Positions 20,262 to 32,074 of a stretch of DNA of 64,000 nucleotides are shown in pieces. Within the stretch, counting starts at the first letter, position 1. Each line of letters opens with the position of its first letter. The notes beneath the pieces are model-generated. The model ran no database searches and was not told the DNA's origin. It saw only the letters and a list, made by a program, of their open reading frames with translations. Source of the DNA: Cyanidioschyzon merolae (lineage: Eukaryota); the NCBI GenBank assembly GCA_000091205.1, contig AP006500.2, one strand, 5' to 3'. Both the position numbers and the translations under genes were made by a program.

Positions 20262-21977
20262 ATGACTGCAGCTAGTCCCGGGGTGTCTGTACCACCGTGG
20301 TACGGTAATGATACGGAAACCAGAGACCGCATTCTGTCAAAACTGCGTATGGCGAGGCGACGACCCGCCAGTCGAGACCACTGGCAGTTCGTTGTAAAGC
20401 GTTTACGGTTGTGGCTGGGGAGCGCGGACGGGAAACAGGTACGCCCTCCGTGCATGCTCATTCTTGATCTCTATCCGAACGGAGCTCTACGCGCTCATAA
20501 GTTTCCACCAAACGCAGTTAAAGACGGCAGGCTGGCAACGGCCTGGGAGATGCTCGAGTTCCTGCTGGATGAGGTTCTCACGCCGCAGCGCGAGAATGCG
20601 GCCAGTTTACGCCCCGCGAGCATTAGTTTTACCAATCGGAACATTGCAAGAGCGCTCGCGGACCCCGTTCGGTTTCTCGTTTGCGAGCAAGTGACGCAGG
20701 ACCTGCACGCACTGGTTTCCAGAGCAGGGTCTGCAGCGGCGGAGGCGGACTGCTGGAGCCCGCCTGTCCTCGCTGAGGCGGATGGCGTTCGCGAGTTTAT
20801 GCAACGTTTCGCTCAGAACCTGATCGCTAAGGGAAAGGGTGCATCGAGCACGGCAAGCGAGGCACCTGGTCTGATACAGGGCTTGCTCGCAGGCGGAGAA
20901 CGGCGCGACGGCCGTCCGGATAACCGGTACATTTTGCAGGCTCTACCCCTGTCAAAGTGCGAGCTCCTTGTCGGCCAGTACTACTGTTTAGCATACGCGC
21001 TCTTTCATCGAAAGCCCTGGGATGAGTTACCTGAGTCGTGGCTTTTCCGTGTGGAGAGCATCTGCGTTGAACAGGTGATGCAGCGGCCTGTGGCAGAGCG
21101 GTGGCGAAGGCACGTACGGTTTCTTGCGGTGCTCGGCGGCGAGACCCCGGGATTCGTTGGTCTACCGTCTGTCAGGGCAGCCCGTAAGCGATACGCCGCG
21201 AGTATGCGGCGCCTCAAGAAAGAGACCGAGGAAGGTTCGTCGACCGTATCAGAAGCGGAATCGCTAGACGCCCCCCTGTATCTGCCGTCGGAAGCCGTGT
21301 CGAGTGTGTCTGCGGATAGTATCCCTGACGTTGTTCTTTGCGCGTTTACTGGCCAGATCATTTCCGGTCCAAACGCAAATCGATGCAGCCGATGCAAGAG
21401 TGCTTACTATATTGACGAGGAAGCTCAGCGGGCAGACTGGAGCCGCCACGCCACTGAATGCGATGCGATCGCACAACTGAGTGCCTCCGCCGCTGCGGTG
21501 TCGTTGCGCCCAGGGGCACCAGAATGCCCTCAGATCTCGCGTCCATTCTGGCGCTATGCAGAGCTTGTCCATATCTATATGGAGGAGTCGTCGCTAACCT
21601 TTGACGACCTTGATGCGATCGAGGAGTATGCCTGGCCGGTTGCGCGTGACGCCCGAAACGGATGGCCTGTTCCCTTTGTAACCGTAGGCGGCCACGCGCT
21701 GCCACGGCCCAGCGTTGAACGGCCCAACCTGGAGGAGCTTTCCTGGATGATAGCTGTAATGGAGTGGATGCTGGAGCATCAGGGAATAGCGCGGCTCCGA
21801 TCTGGGATGCAGATGGGACGCTGGCAAAACGATTCGATTTCATCCAGCGCTGCCGCTGGGCAACAATCTGCACAGCACGTGGTTTTGCTTTCCGTTGAAC
21901 CGGTAGAGGATATGAAGCAGACAGCTATCAGTAGGTACTGCGCGGAGCCGTCGGCGAGCACCGCTGCCATTGGATAA
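20262..21977 (+). CDS. MYND-type zinc finger domain protein (571 aa)
   Basis: ATG confirmed at the start (atgactgcagct...). The C-terminal half carries CAFTGQIISGPNANRCSRCKSAYYIDEEAQRADWSRHATECD, i.e. the C-x(n)-C...C-x2-C...H-x3-C MYND pattern. The rest has no recognisable domain. Confidence 0.65.
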   Translation: MTAASPGVSVPPWYGNDTETRDRILSKLRMARRRPASRDHWQFVVKRLRLWLGSADGKQVRPPCMLILDLYPNGALRAHKFPPNAVKDGRLATAWEMLEFLLDEVLTPQRENAASLRPASISFTNRNIARALADPVRFLVCEQVTQDLHALVSRAGSAAAEADCWSPPVLAEADGVREFMQRFAQNLIAKGKGASSTASEAPGLIQGLLAGGERRDGRPDNRYILQALPLSKCELLVGQYYCLAYALFHRKPWDELPESWLFRVESICVEQVMQRPVAERWRRHVRFLAVLGGETPGFVGLPSVRAARKRYAASMRRLKKETEEGSSTVSEAESLDAPLYLPSEAVSSVSADSIPDVVLCAFTGQIISGPNANRCSRCKSAYYIDEEAQRADWSRHATECDAIAQLSASAAAVSLRPGAPECPQISRPFWRYAELVHIYMEESSLTFDDLDAIEEYAWPVARDARNGWPVPFVTVGGHALPRPSVERPNLEELSWMIAVMEWMLEHQGIARLRSGMQMGRWQNDSISSSAAAGQQSAQHVVLLSVEPVEDMKQTAISRYCAEPSASTAAIG

Positions 21978-23601
21978 TTGGGTAACTTGGTGGATCTTTC
22001 GAAGCCTGGATACAAAACGGCAGCGGTGCACTAGATGACGCCTGAATGGTTGCTTGCTCGTAAGCAGATGCTGCCCGCTCTACACACCATGGCGAGACGT
22101 TCCGCATATCATAAATCGGCACTCGCGCTCGCAGCTCGCCAGTAAGCTACCAACGATGCTTTGTCACCGTTGGTACGCACGGTTGCGAACTTGACCGCTA
22201 GTCCTCTTTCCCGCCTTGCTCTACCCGAAGTATTGGCCATAGTGCGATGTGCAAACGTCGACAACGGTTGGGAAAGCAGCCTCACCGTTCGTTTTTCTGC
22301 CCACATGAGTGGATCTACTATGCCACGCTTCAGGTCCTTGGTTGCCTCCAGGAAGACCCCGAGCTTGGGCAGCCAAGGGCTGTCTCTGGCACTAGAAAAG
22401 AAATCATCTGCGGCATTGGCGGTACTCGTGTTCACGTGCATGCAATGAGGTCCGTCACCAGGGTTCTTGGCATCGCAGTAGCCTCGGCGCTCGGTGCGTG
22501 AGACTCTATCGACCGCATGCCTCGTACACCAGGGAACATTGCTCTCGCGGGGTGGCGGCGCGTGACCACCTCTCCCGAAGAGATGTCGTTGGAAACTCGG
22601 CAACTGGCGAGACCCGTGCGCCCGGGTGCGTCTGGTTCAACTCATCGATCCGAAACCAAAAAATCCGCCACATCTGCGCACCAGAGTCTGGAAACCCCGG
22701 AATGCAACACCTGGCCGTACAGAATTCCAAAGCAGAATATCGGTGAGGTTGCGTGCCTCTTTCCATCAAGTTGCTTCTTGTGTAGGACTCGCCTCGATGG
22801 ACCGCAGCCGATGATGCATCGTTCGGCGGCACCCTTTCCAAAGGCCTTCGAGATGACGCACGCAGGAGCATGTCAAAACTTTTCTGATTCCGTACGGTAT
22901 CCGCGCCAGGGTCCATCCGGTGCAGCAGTAGATGCCCCCGGTAGGATCAGTACCCGGGAAACCGCGCCCACGAGCCAAAGTCCCCGCAGAAGATGTCCGT
23001 TCTGAGGTTCGTGCAACTCGGAACCATCTGGAACGTCCCGGACCGGGTGTCGCTTCCTTGACTGCTAGGGCACAGAGTGCATCCCCAAGATTCCTGGTTC
23101 GTCTCATCGATGCTACACCATCGGAAAAAAAGCCCCTCAAGGCAGCATCCGCCGCTGTGCGACACCGCATGCATGCACGGATGTGCGGCACACTTGTGAC
23201 ACATAGAGACACGCACGCACCGCGGCCTCGTGTCGTGACACGCGCCGCACGCACCCCACGCTGCGTGGATCGATGCGTGTCGGGCACGCAGGCACCGCGG
23301 CCGCGATGGCGCCCTGCGATGATTGCCGAATGCGACATGCGTGGACATGGCGCGGGCTGTGGCCCCTCTGGCGCGGGCCTTCGCGTGCGGATCATTCGTG
23401 GCCGATGACGGGGCAGAGGGCGCCCAGACACCTAATTTGGATCCAGGCCTGGGTGCGGAAAGGCCACGCTGGTGACGGCGCTCGCGACGACCTAGCACCT
23501 TTTTTGTCTTCGATGAGGGCTCTGGATCCAAAATTCCTGTAGAGTAGGTGTTTTGACTGTTTCGTTGGTTTTTAAAACGAGTACTTCATACAGAAGAGAA
23601 T

Positions 23602-24321
23602 ATGCATAGAAACAGCTTGTTTGTGTTAACGTGCCTTGCCTTGATTGTGCTTTGCAGGGCGAGCGCTGTGCCGACAGAACCCTTAGAGCAGCAGGAGCAG
23701 CAGCTGTTGCTGGTGCCGGACTCGCTTCTCGAGCGTCAGAGTTTCATCGGAGGCGTGGGTGAGAGTGTTGGATCGGGGTCGCCACCCTTCCCGTATCCAT
23801 CGCCGGCTCCGAACCCGCCTACATACAACTTCAGCAGGACAGCAACTGTTCTGATCACTGGCGCGAACATCCAAACCGATAACCACAGTCAGACGAACGA
23901 CTTTCGCGCGGATACGGAAATCATTTTTGGAGGTGCGTTGGAGCACGCAACCGTTTTCCCAGACGATGCCCTCGGAACATACAAGATCATCAACGGCACA
24001 GAACTGTTATCCAGCGAGCAGTTCATCAACTTTACGTACTACGCAAAGCCGCTGGCGTACTTTACCGCGACAGACTACCCAGTCGCCCGCTACTCTCTGG
24101 CCGCGAGACTCAACTCTCCTAGGGTCATCAAATTTGCGTCGAACGCATTAGCGCTGAAGCAGCTCGTCGCTGTTGCTCGCGGCAGTGACTTTTACGTGGC
24201 GTGGCGCGCTGTCGATCCTCTGAACGAGTCAAGCAGACCGGACCTTCAGGATGCCTTCTTTGATTTTGGTGTCATGTCCATCCAGAAAGTTCCTTGTACG
24301 GGTGCAGGTATAAGCTGTTGA
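23602..24321 (+). CDS. Hypothetical secreted protein (239 aa) with an N-terminal signal peptide
   Basis: ATG at 23602 (checked). The N-terminus MHRNSLFVLTCLALIVLCRASAVP has a hydrophobic h-region and an AxA-like cleavage site. The mature part is complex, non-repetitive sequence with several N-x-S/T sites. No family recognised. Confidence 0.5.
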   Translation: MHRNSLFVLTCLALIVLCRASAVPTEPLEQQEQQLLLVPDSLLERQSFIGGVGESVGSGSPPFPYPSPAPNPPTYNFSRTATVLITGANIQTDNHSQTNDFRADTEIIFGGALEHATVFPDDALGTYKIINGTELLSSEQFINFTYYAKPLAYFTATDYPVARYSLAARLNSPRVIKFASNALALKQLVAVARGSDFYVAWRAVDPLNESSRPDLQDAFFDFGVMSIQKVPCTGAGISC

Positions 24322-25594
24322 TAGCTGGAAAGACGTCCGACTCGCCCAAGACTTTGCGGAACTGTTTTGACGGCTTGGATCGTGAGGGATGAAACCAAAT
24401 ACGTAAAGCGTGTTGTGTGATTGGGGCTCGTTTTTTCCAGAGCAGCGAACGCATCATGATCCGGAGCAGAGGTGATCTCGCGTCCCTGTCTCATGAGCGG
24501 CAACTTTCGGTATGGAAGACCCCATTTCTTGGGGCCGACCAGCGAGTCCGTTTGACGTCTCGCCAAGCGCATTCGCTGTGGTGGAATCCCAGTAGGTGCA
24601 CAGCGTACCCGACGCTGTGCGACTGAAGCGATCGCGAGCACCGCTTCTGAGCTACGCGACACCTCGGCTCACTAGGGCACGCTTCGGGTATTGCCTGTGA
24701 CGTAAACGGCCTTGAGGACGATCAAGCGCCCGCCTATCGCTTTCGCGCAGAACATGTGATAATCCGACCGACTCCTCGAGCCGACCGCCATCAAGGCACC
24801 GGGAACCCGTCGTGTTGCCGTGTGGCGACAAGCGCGGCGTATCCAGCATCGCAGCGAACGTCAAGGGCAGCGTCTCGACACTGGGGTGTCTATGTGCCTG
24901 TCTCTATCCGAACGCTATTCCAGACAGGAAGACTCGTCTGACGCTTATGGGACGTCCAGCGTCTATGGGCCCGTGGCCGACAATTCCCTGGTTACTGACA
25001 GTGATCGCGTGTCCGCCGGGGCTGGTTAGAATCATCGTTCTTACACCACTAAAAAACCCGACCGAGGCATTTGGTTTACGCGTCTGAGCACATACTTCAT
25101 ACCCGCGGAGCGCAGTGGCTCTTCGGAAGGAAACACCAGGAATTCATTCCAAAGCGGAGGCCCTCTTGCTCGCCTGTATTCTGCACAGGTGCAGGCGGCT
25201 ACGAAGCATTCTTCTACGCAACGAATCCGGAAAACTGAAAGCTTTCCGCCGTCTCTTGAAACAACGACATGGGCTCGCCTGTGCTGGTGGCCGAGTCCCG
25301 GTTCTATGACTCGCTTTCTCAAAAGCCAGGAAGCAACGCAGGCCAGTGCTCGCGCGCACCTGTATGTCATCGTAAACAGAGAGCCATGGGCCCGCTGGCC
25401 CCAAAGTCGGCAGACAACACGGGCAGTGCTCGTGCGCCCCTGCACGTTCTAGGAAACAAAAACCCCGGGTCTGAGCAAGCGCCACAGCACTCCACTGCAG
25501 TTCACTCAGAAGGCAAACCAACCGCGAGAAGACCACACAAACATACACACACGAAATAACTTTCCGCTACAAGGGACCCCCGCCGCGACCTTCC

Positions 25595-26041
25595 CTAGTC
25601 TTCGTAGACACGGCATTCGTCCGCCTCTGGGACTTCATTACAATACTTTTCCAACGGATCTTCCGACTGTTTGTTTGCAGCCTGGTGGGACCGCTCAGCC
25701 TCGAGTTCCTCGACGAAATCCCAGGCTACTTTGGCCTCCTTGCTTGCTTTCCCATATTTCTTCGCCGCATCTTCTGCGTTCTTGATAGCTTCCTGAATCT
25801 GAGTGTTGAGCTTTTCGTTCGCCATCCGCAGCGCAGCGACTCTCGTCGTTTTCCTCGTCCGCAAAAACGTCCGTCGCACGGCAAACGTTGCTCTCGTCTT
25901 GCTCACTGATACGGAAGAAAAGTGTGTGGCGTTCGAAGGTACAATCAGAAATGCAGCCTTCATCCCTTGAAACGTTACGGGTACAGCAGTCGCGCTGAAG
26001 CAAGATATTTCGTGCTGAACGCGAGCGACGGCGATGCGCAT
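25595..26041 (-). CDS. CP12: CP12 domain protein (Calvin-cycle GAPDH/PRK regulator family) with a plastid-targeting-like N-terminal extension; the N-terminal cysteine pair is absent
   Basis: The C-terminal 75 aa, IQEAIKNAEDAAKKYGKASKEAKVAWDFVEELEAERSHQAANKQSEDPLEKYCNEVPEADECRVYED, matches the CP12 core (AWD.VEEL and the C-terminal DPLE.YC...PE.DECR.Y[DE] with its Cys pair). The usual N-terminal C...C pair is not present. ATG at 26041 (checked). The N-terminal ~70 aa are S/T/R/A-rich (...TRATFAVRRTFLRTRKTTRVAA). Confidence 0.72.
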   Translation of the reverse strand: MRIAVARVQHEISCFSATAVPVTFQGMKAAFLIVPSNATHFSSVSVSKTRATFAVRRTFLRTRKTTRVAALRMANEKLNTQIQEAIKNAEDAAKKYGKASKEAKVAWDFVEELEAERSHQAANKQSEDPLEKYCNEVPEADECRVYED

Positions 26042-27241
26042 TCGTCGCGATGTACGGGTGCTGCACGCACGCGCAGCGCCCAGACGCGATGATGAAGTTG
26101 CGATCGACGGCGATTTTAAAAACTGTATGAACCTGGATATTGTGGACTACGCCGTGTTTCGTCCGTGATGCACGACGTGTCCGCCGTCGTGCGCGCGCCT
26201 TCACGCGATGACTGGCGGCTGCCGCGCGCGAACGTCAACGGATCGCGCTTGGGCGAGCGATATAAGAGGCCAAGTCCGCACGCATAAGCATCCCATGCAG
26301 GCTACCTCCTTCCAGTGCCTAGTGGCTCTAGAGACGAGCGTTGTCTGGTAAGAACCATTCTATTGCCTTTTTGGAAGCGTCTATTGCATTCCGAACGATC
26401 GCTGAGCTGCTAATCGATTCGCGACGCCCCGGAAACCCCTCTATACCTTACGCGATCACTGAGTACGAGTCTTGACAGGAGCGAGTCGAGCACCTGCTAG
26501 CCTGAAAATACGCCCCGCTCGTGACAGATTACTGCCTGTCACGTGAAATACGCCTAGCTCGGCATGTGATATGCTCGTTTCGAGACCAGGATCCGAGCGG
26601 ACGCGGTCCACAGAGCCACTGAACGCCCATGCCCAGAAACTGTCTATCACAGCGGCAGCTGGAGCAACGATCCAGTCCAGATGCTCGCCACTCGGGAGAG
26701 CCTGCTGAAGGGCGGGCGTGACTTATTTGAAATCGCCAGACCGACTGCCGCATCGAAATTCTCATGTTACGAAGCTCACTCCGTCGCCTCTCTGCACACG
26801 GCAGCTGCAGCGCGGGCCAACCGATGACCGTACCCGTATCGAGTCGATCAGCGGAACCGCACCGAGCAAATGTTGCGCGGGGACGCGCGAGATTCTTGAC
26901 GGCGCATGCAATGCATCGCAGCGCACGCTGACGCGTGCGGGTCCGTGCGTCGAGCCGCTGATGATCCCCCCGTGCGGTAAGATGTGAACGAATGCGTTAG
27001 ACTAGAGCTGGCGTTTTGCGCTCGAGCCATGTGCCAAGACTCGTGACGCCCGCGAGACAAGTATATTCTTCAAGTGAATAACATTTTTCGACAACCACAC
27101 TGATCTCTACAGCGTCGCTGCTCGCTACGACTTGGAAGCAGTGCCGACTCTCTGTGACAGACCAAAATTTTTGCCGAAACATTTGGGCCCAGTTCTGCGA
27201 AAGAATCAAGCGGTTACAGGGTCTAGAGACTTGGTTAAAAT

Positions 27242-28375
27242 ATGTCCAGAACGGCAAATGTGCCCGTGGGGTCAGGTAGCAACAACCAGCACTGCGAGAA
27301 CGCGCTCTCGCGTGTTCAGTGGCGGACTCGGAACGGCAGCAGGGCAACCCGTGTGCCCGCGTTTATACTGGGACTTGCTCGGGTACTGAGCACGGACCCT
27401 GCGCCACGCACGGTTGACTGGGCGGCGGACGGGCAGCGTATTCTCGTTCTTGATCGCGACCGCTTCACGGAGCGGTACGTCCGCCCTGGCGGCGCACTTC
27501 GTGTGAGCTCCTGGGCAAGTTTCCTGCGCGTCATGACATACTTCGAGTTCGCTCGCCTGCTCGATACAGAGGAACACGACATCATATGCTTCAAACATGC
27601 AACAATCACTCGCACTTTTATGGAACAGCTCGCAGCATCGAGCACCGATCGGCCTAGCTGTGATAATATGCCGAAAAGCCGATGTTCCAGAGAGGCACGG
27701 AGCTCGTCCATTCGAGCTGCCCCTTCTACGTTGATCGTGCAGGAGCCAATTGAGGCGCTGAATGCTAACGTCATCCCCGCTGCTGCGGACTCGAATGTGC
27801 TACACGCTTCTCGGTTGTCAGGAGCCTTGTCGATCGAACGAAAGCGTGTCCGGAGGTCTACTTCACCGCGGCCGCTGGAAACATACGACACAGTGAATGA
27901 GCACGTGAACGCCCCGGTCATACATGTAGATCCTAATGATTATCCCAGAGCACTGAATCCTTTGACTGAGCCAAATCATTGGGAGTTGCGGAACGACGGC
28001 GGCGAGGACGATTGCTGGTCGCTGAGAACCACGGACGCTGACATTCCACCCGTGTTAGCGACCATGAGCGACAGAAACGGGAGGTTGCTCGACTGCGGAA
28101 CGCAGACTACGAGCAGATGCTATTCGAACGTTGGTAGCTTTGGGGAAGCGTTGAGGCTTCGGGCATGGACGACATCGAGCCCTCCTCATGAGCATCCATC
28201 GTCGGACGACATGAGTATCTACAAAGCGCACCTGATACAAGTGGAGAGCTGCCTCGCAAGCATCCGCTCTGAATTGCATAACATTGTCCATGCAGTCGAG
28301 TGGCTGAGAGAGCATCACGCGAATATATGTTCCTTTATGCATGCGCCTGGACAATCGTCTTCCAAATCGGCTTGA
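27242..28375 (+). CDS. Protein with an HSF-type (heat shock factor) DNA-binding domain (377 aa)
   Basis: ATG at 27242 (checked). VPAFILGLARVLSTDPAPRTVDWAADGQRILVLDRDRFTERYV...SWASFLRVMTYFEFARL...HDIICFKHATITR aligns to the HSF DNA-binding-domain consensus (PAFL.KL..LV.DP.TD..I.W...G..F.V.D...F...VLP.YF......SF.RQLN.YGF.K). A less conserved C-terminal region follows. Confidence 0.55.
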   Translation: MSRTANVPVGSGSNNQHCENALSRVQWRTRNGSRATRVPAFILGLARVLSTDPAPRTVDWAADGQRILVLDRDRFTERYVRPGGALRVSSWASFLRVMTYFEFARLLDTEEHDIICFKHATITRTFMEQLAASSTDRPSCDNMPKSRCSREARSSSIRAAPSTLIVQEPIEALNANVIPAAADSNVLHASRLSGALSIERKRVRRSTSPRPLETYDTVNEHVNAPVIHVDPNDYPRALNPLTEPNHWELRNDGGEDDCWSLRTTDADIPPVLATMSDRNGRLLDCGTQTTSRCYSNVGSFGEALRLRAWTTSSPPHEHPSSDDMSIYKAHLIQVESCLASIRSELHNIVHAVEWLREHHANICSFMHAPGQSSSKSA

Positions 28376-29165
28376 GCATGTGAGCCTTCGCTTGGTATTG
28401 GTGGTGTTGGTGGTGGATATACCGGATGCGGGTCTCTAAGAAAAAGTTGTTACGGGAAAAACGCACCAGAACACTCTAACAAACAAAATGAGATGTTTAT
28501 TCGATTGCGGGTACCAAGCCAGCGCAAAAAAAAGCGGCAAGATCTTTGGTACGCTCGATATTGACCTCTTTACCGCATTCCTGACAATCCATTGATCTTC
28601 ATTCCTTGGTCATTGCCGCTCTTAAATGCTAAAAACACTTGGGCGAAATAAAATCATGTGTTTTCGCATCATGCGACTTCAAAGAAAAGCGCAGGCGAGA
28701 TCGCGTGCCGAACGGACAAGCGAGACGGCGGCGCATCGCGTCGAACGAAACTCGACGTCAATGCTCGGCAGCGAGCATTGAGGATGTGGTGTTTTTCCAG
28801 GTTGTCTTCGCAAGTCCGGACGCAGAGGATAGCACCCCCCGCTGAATACGGATCTCGTCCTGTTGGCTTTGTTTACCAGATCTCGAGTCGGATTTCGGTT
28901 GAAAATTTCTCGGGACTTTCGCTTTAGTTAGAGACCTCCTTTACCGAGCGTTTCTGATGTATTACAGATCGTTCTTGAACGCGCTGCTCTCTTGGCAGCC
29001 GCGATTAAAAGCCGATAGCCTACTGCGCATTGATCGACCTTGAACACCTCCCGACGATCTGGTGCTCTTTCACAGACGGCGTCGTCCAAAGCACGTCCGC
29101 CAGCTGGCGTGCGGCATCCACGCGGGCACGGCAGCATCATCTACAGCGGCGCAATGCCTCTCGTC

Positions 29166-29789
29166 CTAGAGGGCCTGCGCGGTACTCGCCGACAGCGGTG
29201 GGCTATCACGGGTGAAATGCCCGCCCTCGCCCACAGGGCTCATGTTGCTCGTGTGCGCTCCGTTATCGCCAGAGCCGGTTGGCGACTTGGCCCCTGGTGA
29301 AGCATAGGTTTCTATTTGGAACGTGCGCGGGGGCCTCTGTTCCATAGAGATGCTAACGAGTAGCTTACCCGCATAGCGCCCACGCTTCGCGCTTTGCAGT
29401 TTCGCGGGGTAATGCAAGGTGTACCACATTTCGCACTGACCGTGCATATCGAGTTCGACTTTTGCCAGTGGTATGCGCACTGTCGCAATACGTTCGTCTT
29501 TCCCTGTGTTGAAGCAACCGCCACCGACTTTCATTACGTCACAGACTACAACAAAGTCGGGAAGTTCAAAGACATTCACGTCGCCACTCTCTTCAAGAAA
29601 CGTGTAGGGACCGGGGCTTTTCCGCGTCACTTCAATGACGTTGGTTGCAAACGTCGTATCATCGTTGTTTACGAGCGGCACCGAGGTGTCCAACCTAGAG
29701 CGCACATACACGCGTGTCTTTGTTCCTTGCTCGCTGAGGTCTCGAACGGCTTTAACCTGCACAACTACGCGGCGGAAACCTGACGACAT
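29166..29789 (-). CDS. Small C2 domain-containing protein (207 aa)
   Basis: ATG at 29789 (checked). The N-terminal ~130 aa follow the C2 beta-sandwich pattern (VVVQVKAVRDL...KTRVYVRSRL...FVVVCDVMKVGGG...DERIATVRIPLAKVELDMHGQCEMWYTLH). The C-terminal tail is S/G/P-rich. Confidence 0.5.
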   Translation of the reverse strand: MSSGFRRVVVQVKAVRDLSEQGTKTRVYVRSRLDTSVPLVNNDDTTFATNVIEVTRKSPGPYTFLEESGDVNVFELPDFVVVCDVMKVGGGCFNTGKDERIATVRIPLAKVELDMHGQCEMWYTLHYPAKLQSAKRGRYAGKLLVSISMEQRPPRTFQIETYASPGAKSPTGSGDNGAHTSNMSPVGEGGHFTRDSPPLSASTAQAL

Positions 29790-30299
29790 GATAGTTTAAC
29801 TACAGTTGCGGGGAAATCTCCCGTAATCGCCCGCCCGGCAGCGCACGCGCACCGCAGGTCGCGAGCAGTGCACCGCGCCCCGTCGGCGGAGGCCGAGCCG
29901 CGCTCTCCCCCGTTCAGTGGACGATCCCGGGCCAAGGCAGCTGTCGGGGTGGCACGCCGGGCCCCCCCCCCGCCGGACACGTGTCCCGAGTTTGCTGACC
30001 TCGGTGCGATCGCGGCGCTGTTTTTGGTGCGCACCGCCCCCGGGAGCTACCAGTAGAGGCACTTGCACCGACGCTGCCAGATGCACCAACGCGAGACGAA
30101 AATGGAAGAGGTGTGGTTTGCGCTCACAGACGCAGTCGTTAAAGTTTGGATCTCTTTCTACTGTCATCAGCATCAAATATTACGAGGGATTGCTGCGACT
30201 GCTTCCTTCTCCTCTCGCTTATCTCTGGCCTTTGTATGCCGTTCACTCCGGTCCCTAAAACCTCGTTCTCAGCGGTTGAGCGAAGGAAATAGCAGCGGT

Positions 30300-30740
30300 C
30301 CAAAGCTGACTTCGTGCCATCCGTTTGTTCCCGACGCACTGCATGCAAGGATGGATATTGCGATGTACGTTTCGTTTGCCATGCTCACCTTCGTTGCGCA
30401 CAGCCTTGGTGCGCCTTTCGCAGCGGCGTGCCGTGACTGTGGTCAGGTTCTCCATATATCCACGAGACCTCGTCCTCCTCCGAGGTTGGCTTGTGGCGCG
30501 CGAAGGCTTGTTTCATCGCTTGCTACAGGCACTTGACGGGTTCAGAAAGCTCGTCTCGATGCCCTTCTCCGCTTCCGCGCCCGGTGCCGTACCCTTCGAG
30601 CATGGACTTGTTGTTGTGGGCGATCTCCTCGGCGAGTACGCTGAATGCCGCACTTGCTAGCACATGCTGTCCCAGTCGATAGAATAATTGTGGAACGTGA
30701 TGTTATCCAGAATGAAACATGTATCGGAAGGCACATAATC
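30300..30740 (-). mobile_element. Decayed pogo/DDE_1-like transposon fragment (minus orientation)
   Basis: The reverse-complement translation gives ...LASAAFSVLAEEIAHNNKSMLEGYGTGRGSGEG and ...ARRVRHRARKRRRAS, matching the tails of the copies at 19500-19700 and 61950-62100. The + strand ORF 30325..30660 is the antisense reading. Confidence 0.5.
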
Positions 30741-32074
30741 GCCGGAGAACAATTCGAGTAATTGCGATCCGCCTACGCTCCGTTGGTGCCAAGCGGTGAC
30801 GCGCGCATCACGGAAAGTGATCGCTGCGGTCACTCAAGTCCGAGTCCGTGAAACTTTTCCGTCCGAAAAGAAGACACGGGAGCCTGTAGGAGCATATCCC
30901 ATGAGACGTGTTGTGGTGCTGGCGTGGAATCCCGATTCGTGAATGGCTACAAAGAGAGTGGGATTTGTCTTCCGAGCGGAATCGGTTTCTTAACGTGACA
31001 AGTCCCGTGACCTTTCGGTACGAGCTTGGGAACAAGACGTCAATGAACGACATCGAGTTTTTCAGTCTTCAATCCAGTGGCGCAATTTGCTGTGTCGAAC
31101 AGTTGCCCCTTACGAGGAAAGATCGAAAACTTGAAGAATGTGTAATATGAGCATGTCACACTCGAACGGAAAGAAGAACACCGTATGGTTGCATGCATGC
31201 TTTGGACGATCCTCTGAGTTGTTTTATGGATCCTTGTTCGAGTACGTTTCGAATTATCTTGATAGCGGCAAAGTAACGAATTCCAGCGGCAACACGTCGA
31301 AGGAGCCAGTCCGAACAGACCACCGAATACCCCAAAACTACGCATGAATCCGTACGTATTTATTGCCGCTCTTCGAAGGCCGAAGCTGTTCATCTAAATA
31401 AGATCGGAAATAAAATAGGAAGCAGGAGCAGAACAAGTAGTCTAGGGTGCTACTTTCATACGGCACGCGCTGCCAGCGAGCGCCACCGTTTCGCGCAGCG
31501 CACGCACAGCGACACGCAAAGCTCAGCCAGCGAGCGCGACCGGCCGATCGCCAGCGAGCGTCCGAGGCGATGCGCCACTCGGCTGGCTAGATGCAGTGCG
31601 CGCTTCTGCGGATGGCACGGAGGCGTGCATGCAGGTGCAGTCAACGCTTCCGAACTGGCATCTGATACTTCGGTAAGGTGCGTAGCGGTAGCTGAAGGCG
31701 CAGTCCAGGTGGACGCCTGGACGCTGGGCGACGACTTTATCAGTTCGCGACTACGGAAGGACACTGCCGACACATAGCGCGAGACCGCAGGCAAGGCATA
31801 AAACGTGGCGCGCCTCTGACCAGGAGTGCCAGCGATACTATTGAGCGCTTGAGGCTTCTCTGGTAGCGCGCGGAGCCTGCGTCCAAAGGATAGAGCAGGA
31901 CTCCTAAGCCTCCTTCTCAATCGTCAAGCAGAGCACTACCGCACTGCAGAGCGCGTTCCGCTGAGACTCGTCGTGCGCGCCTGGTTGCAGTTTTGGCCGA
32001 TAGCGCGCTGTCGATAGCCGGGGCTGCTCGGGAGGTCTAGACGTGTGGCGAATAGCACAGTGCATTCGTGCGCC

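Noticed and set aside
29940-29965. Poly-C/G tract (gggccccccccccgccgg)
   Set aside because: A short homopolymer in a GC-rich spacer; no structured or regulatory interpretation is supportable.
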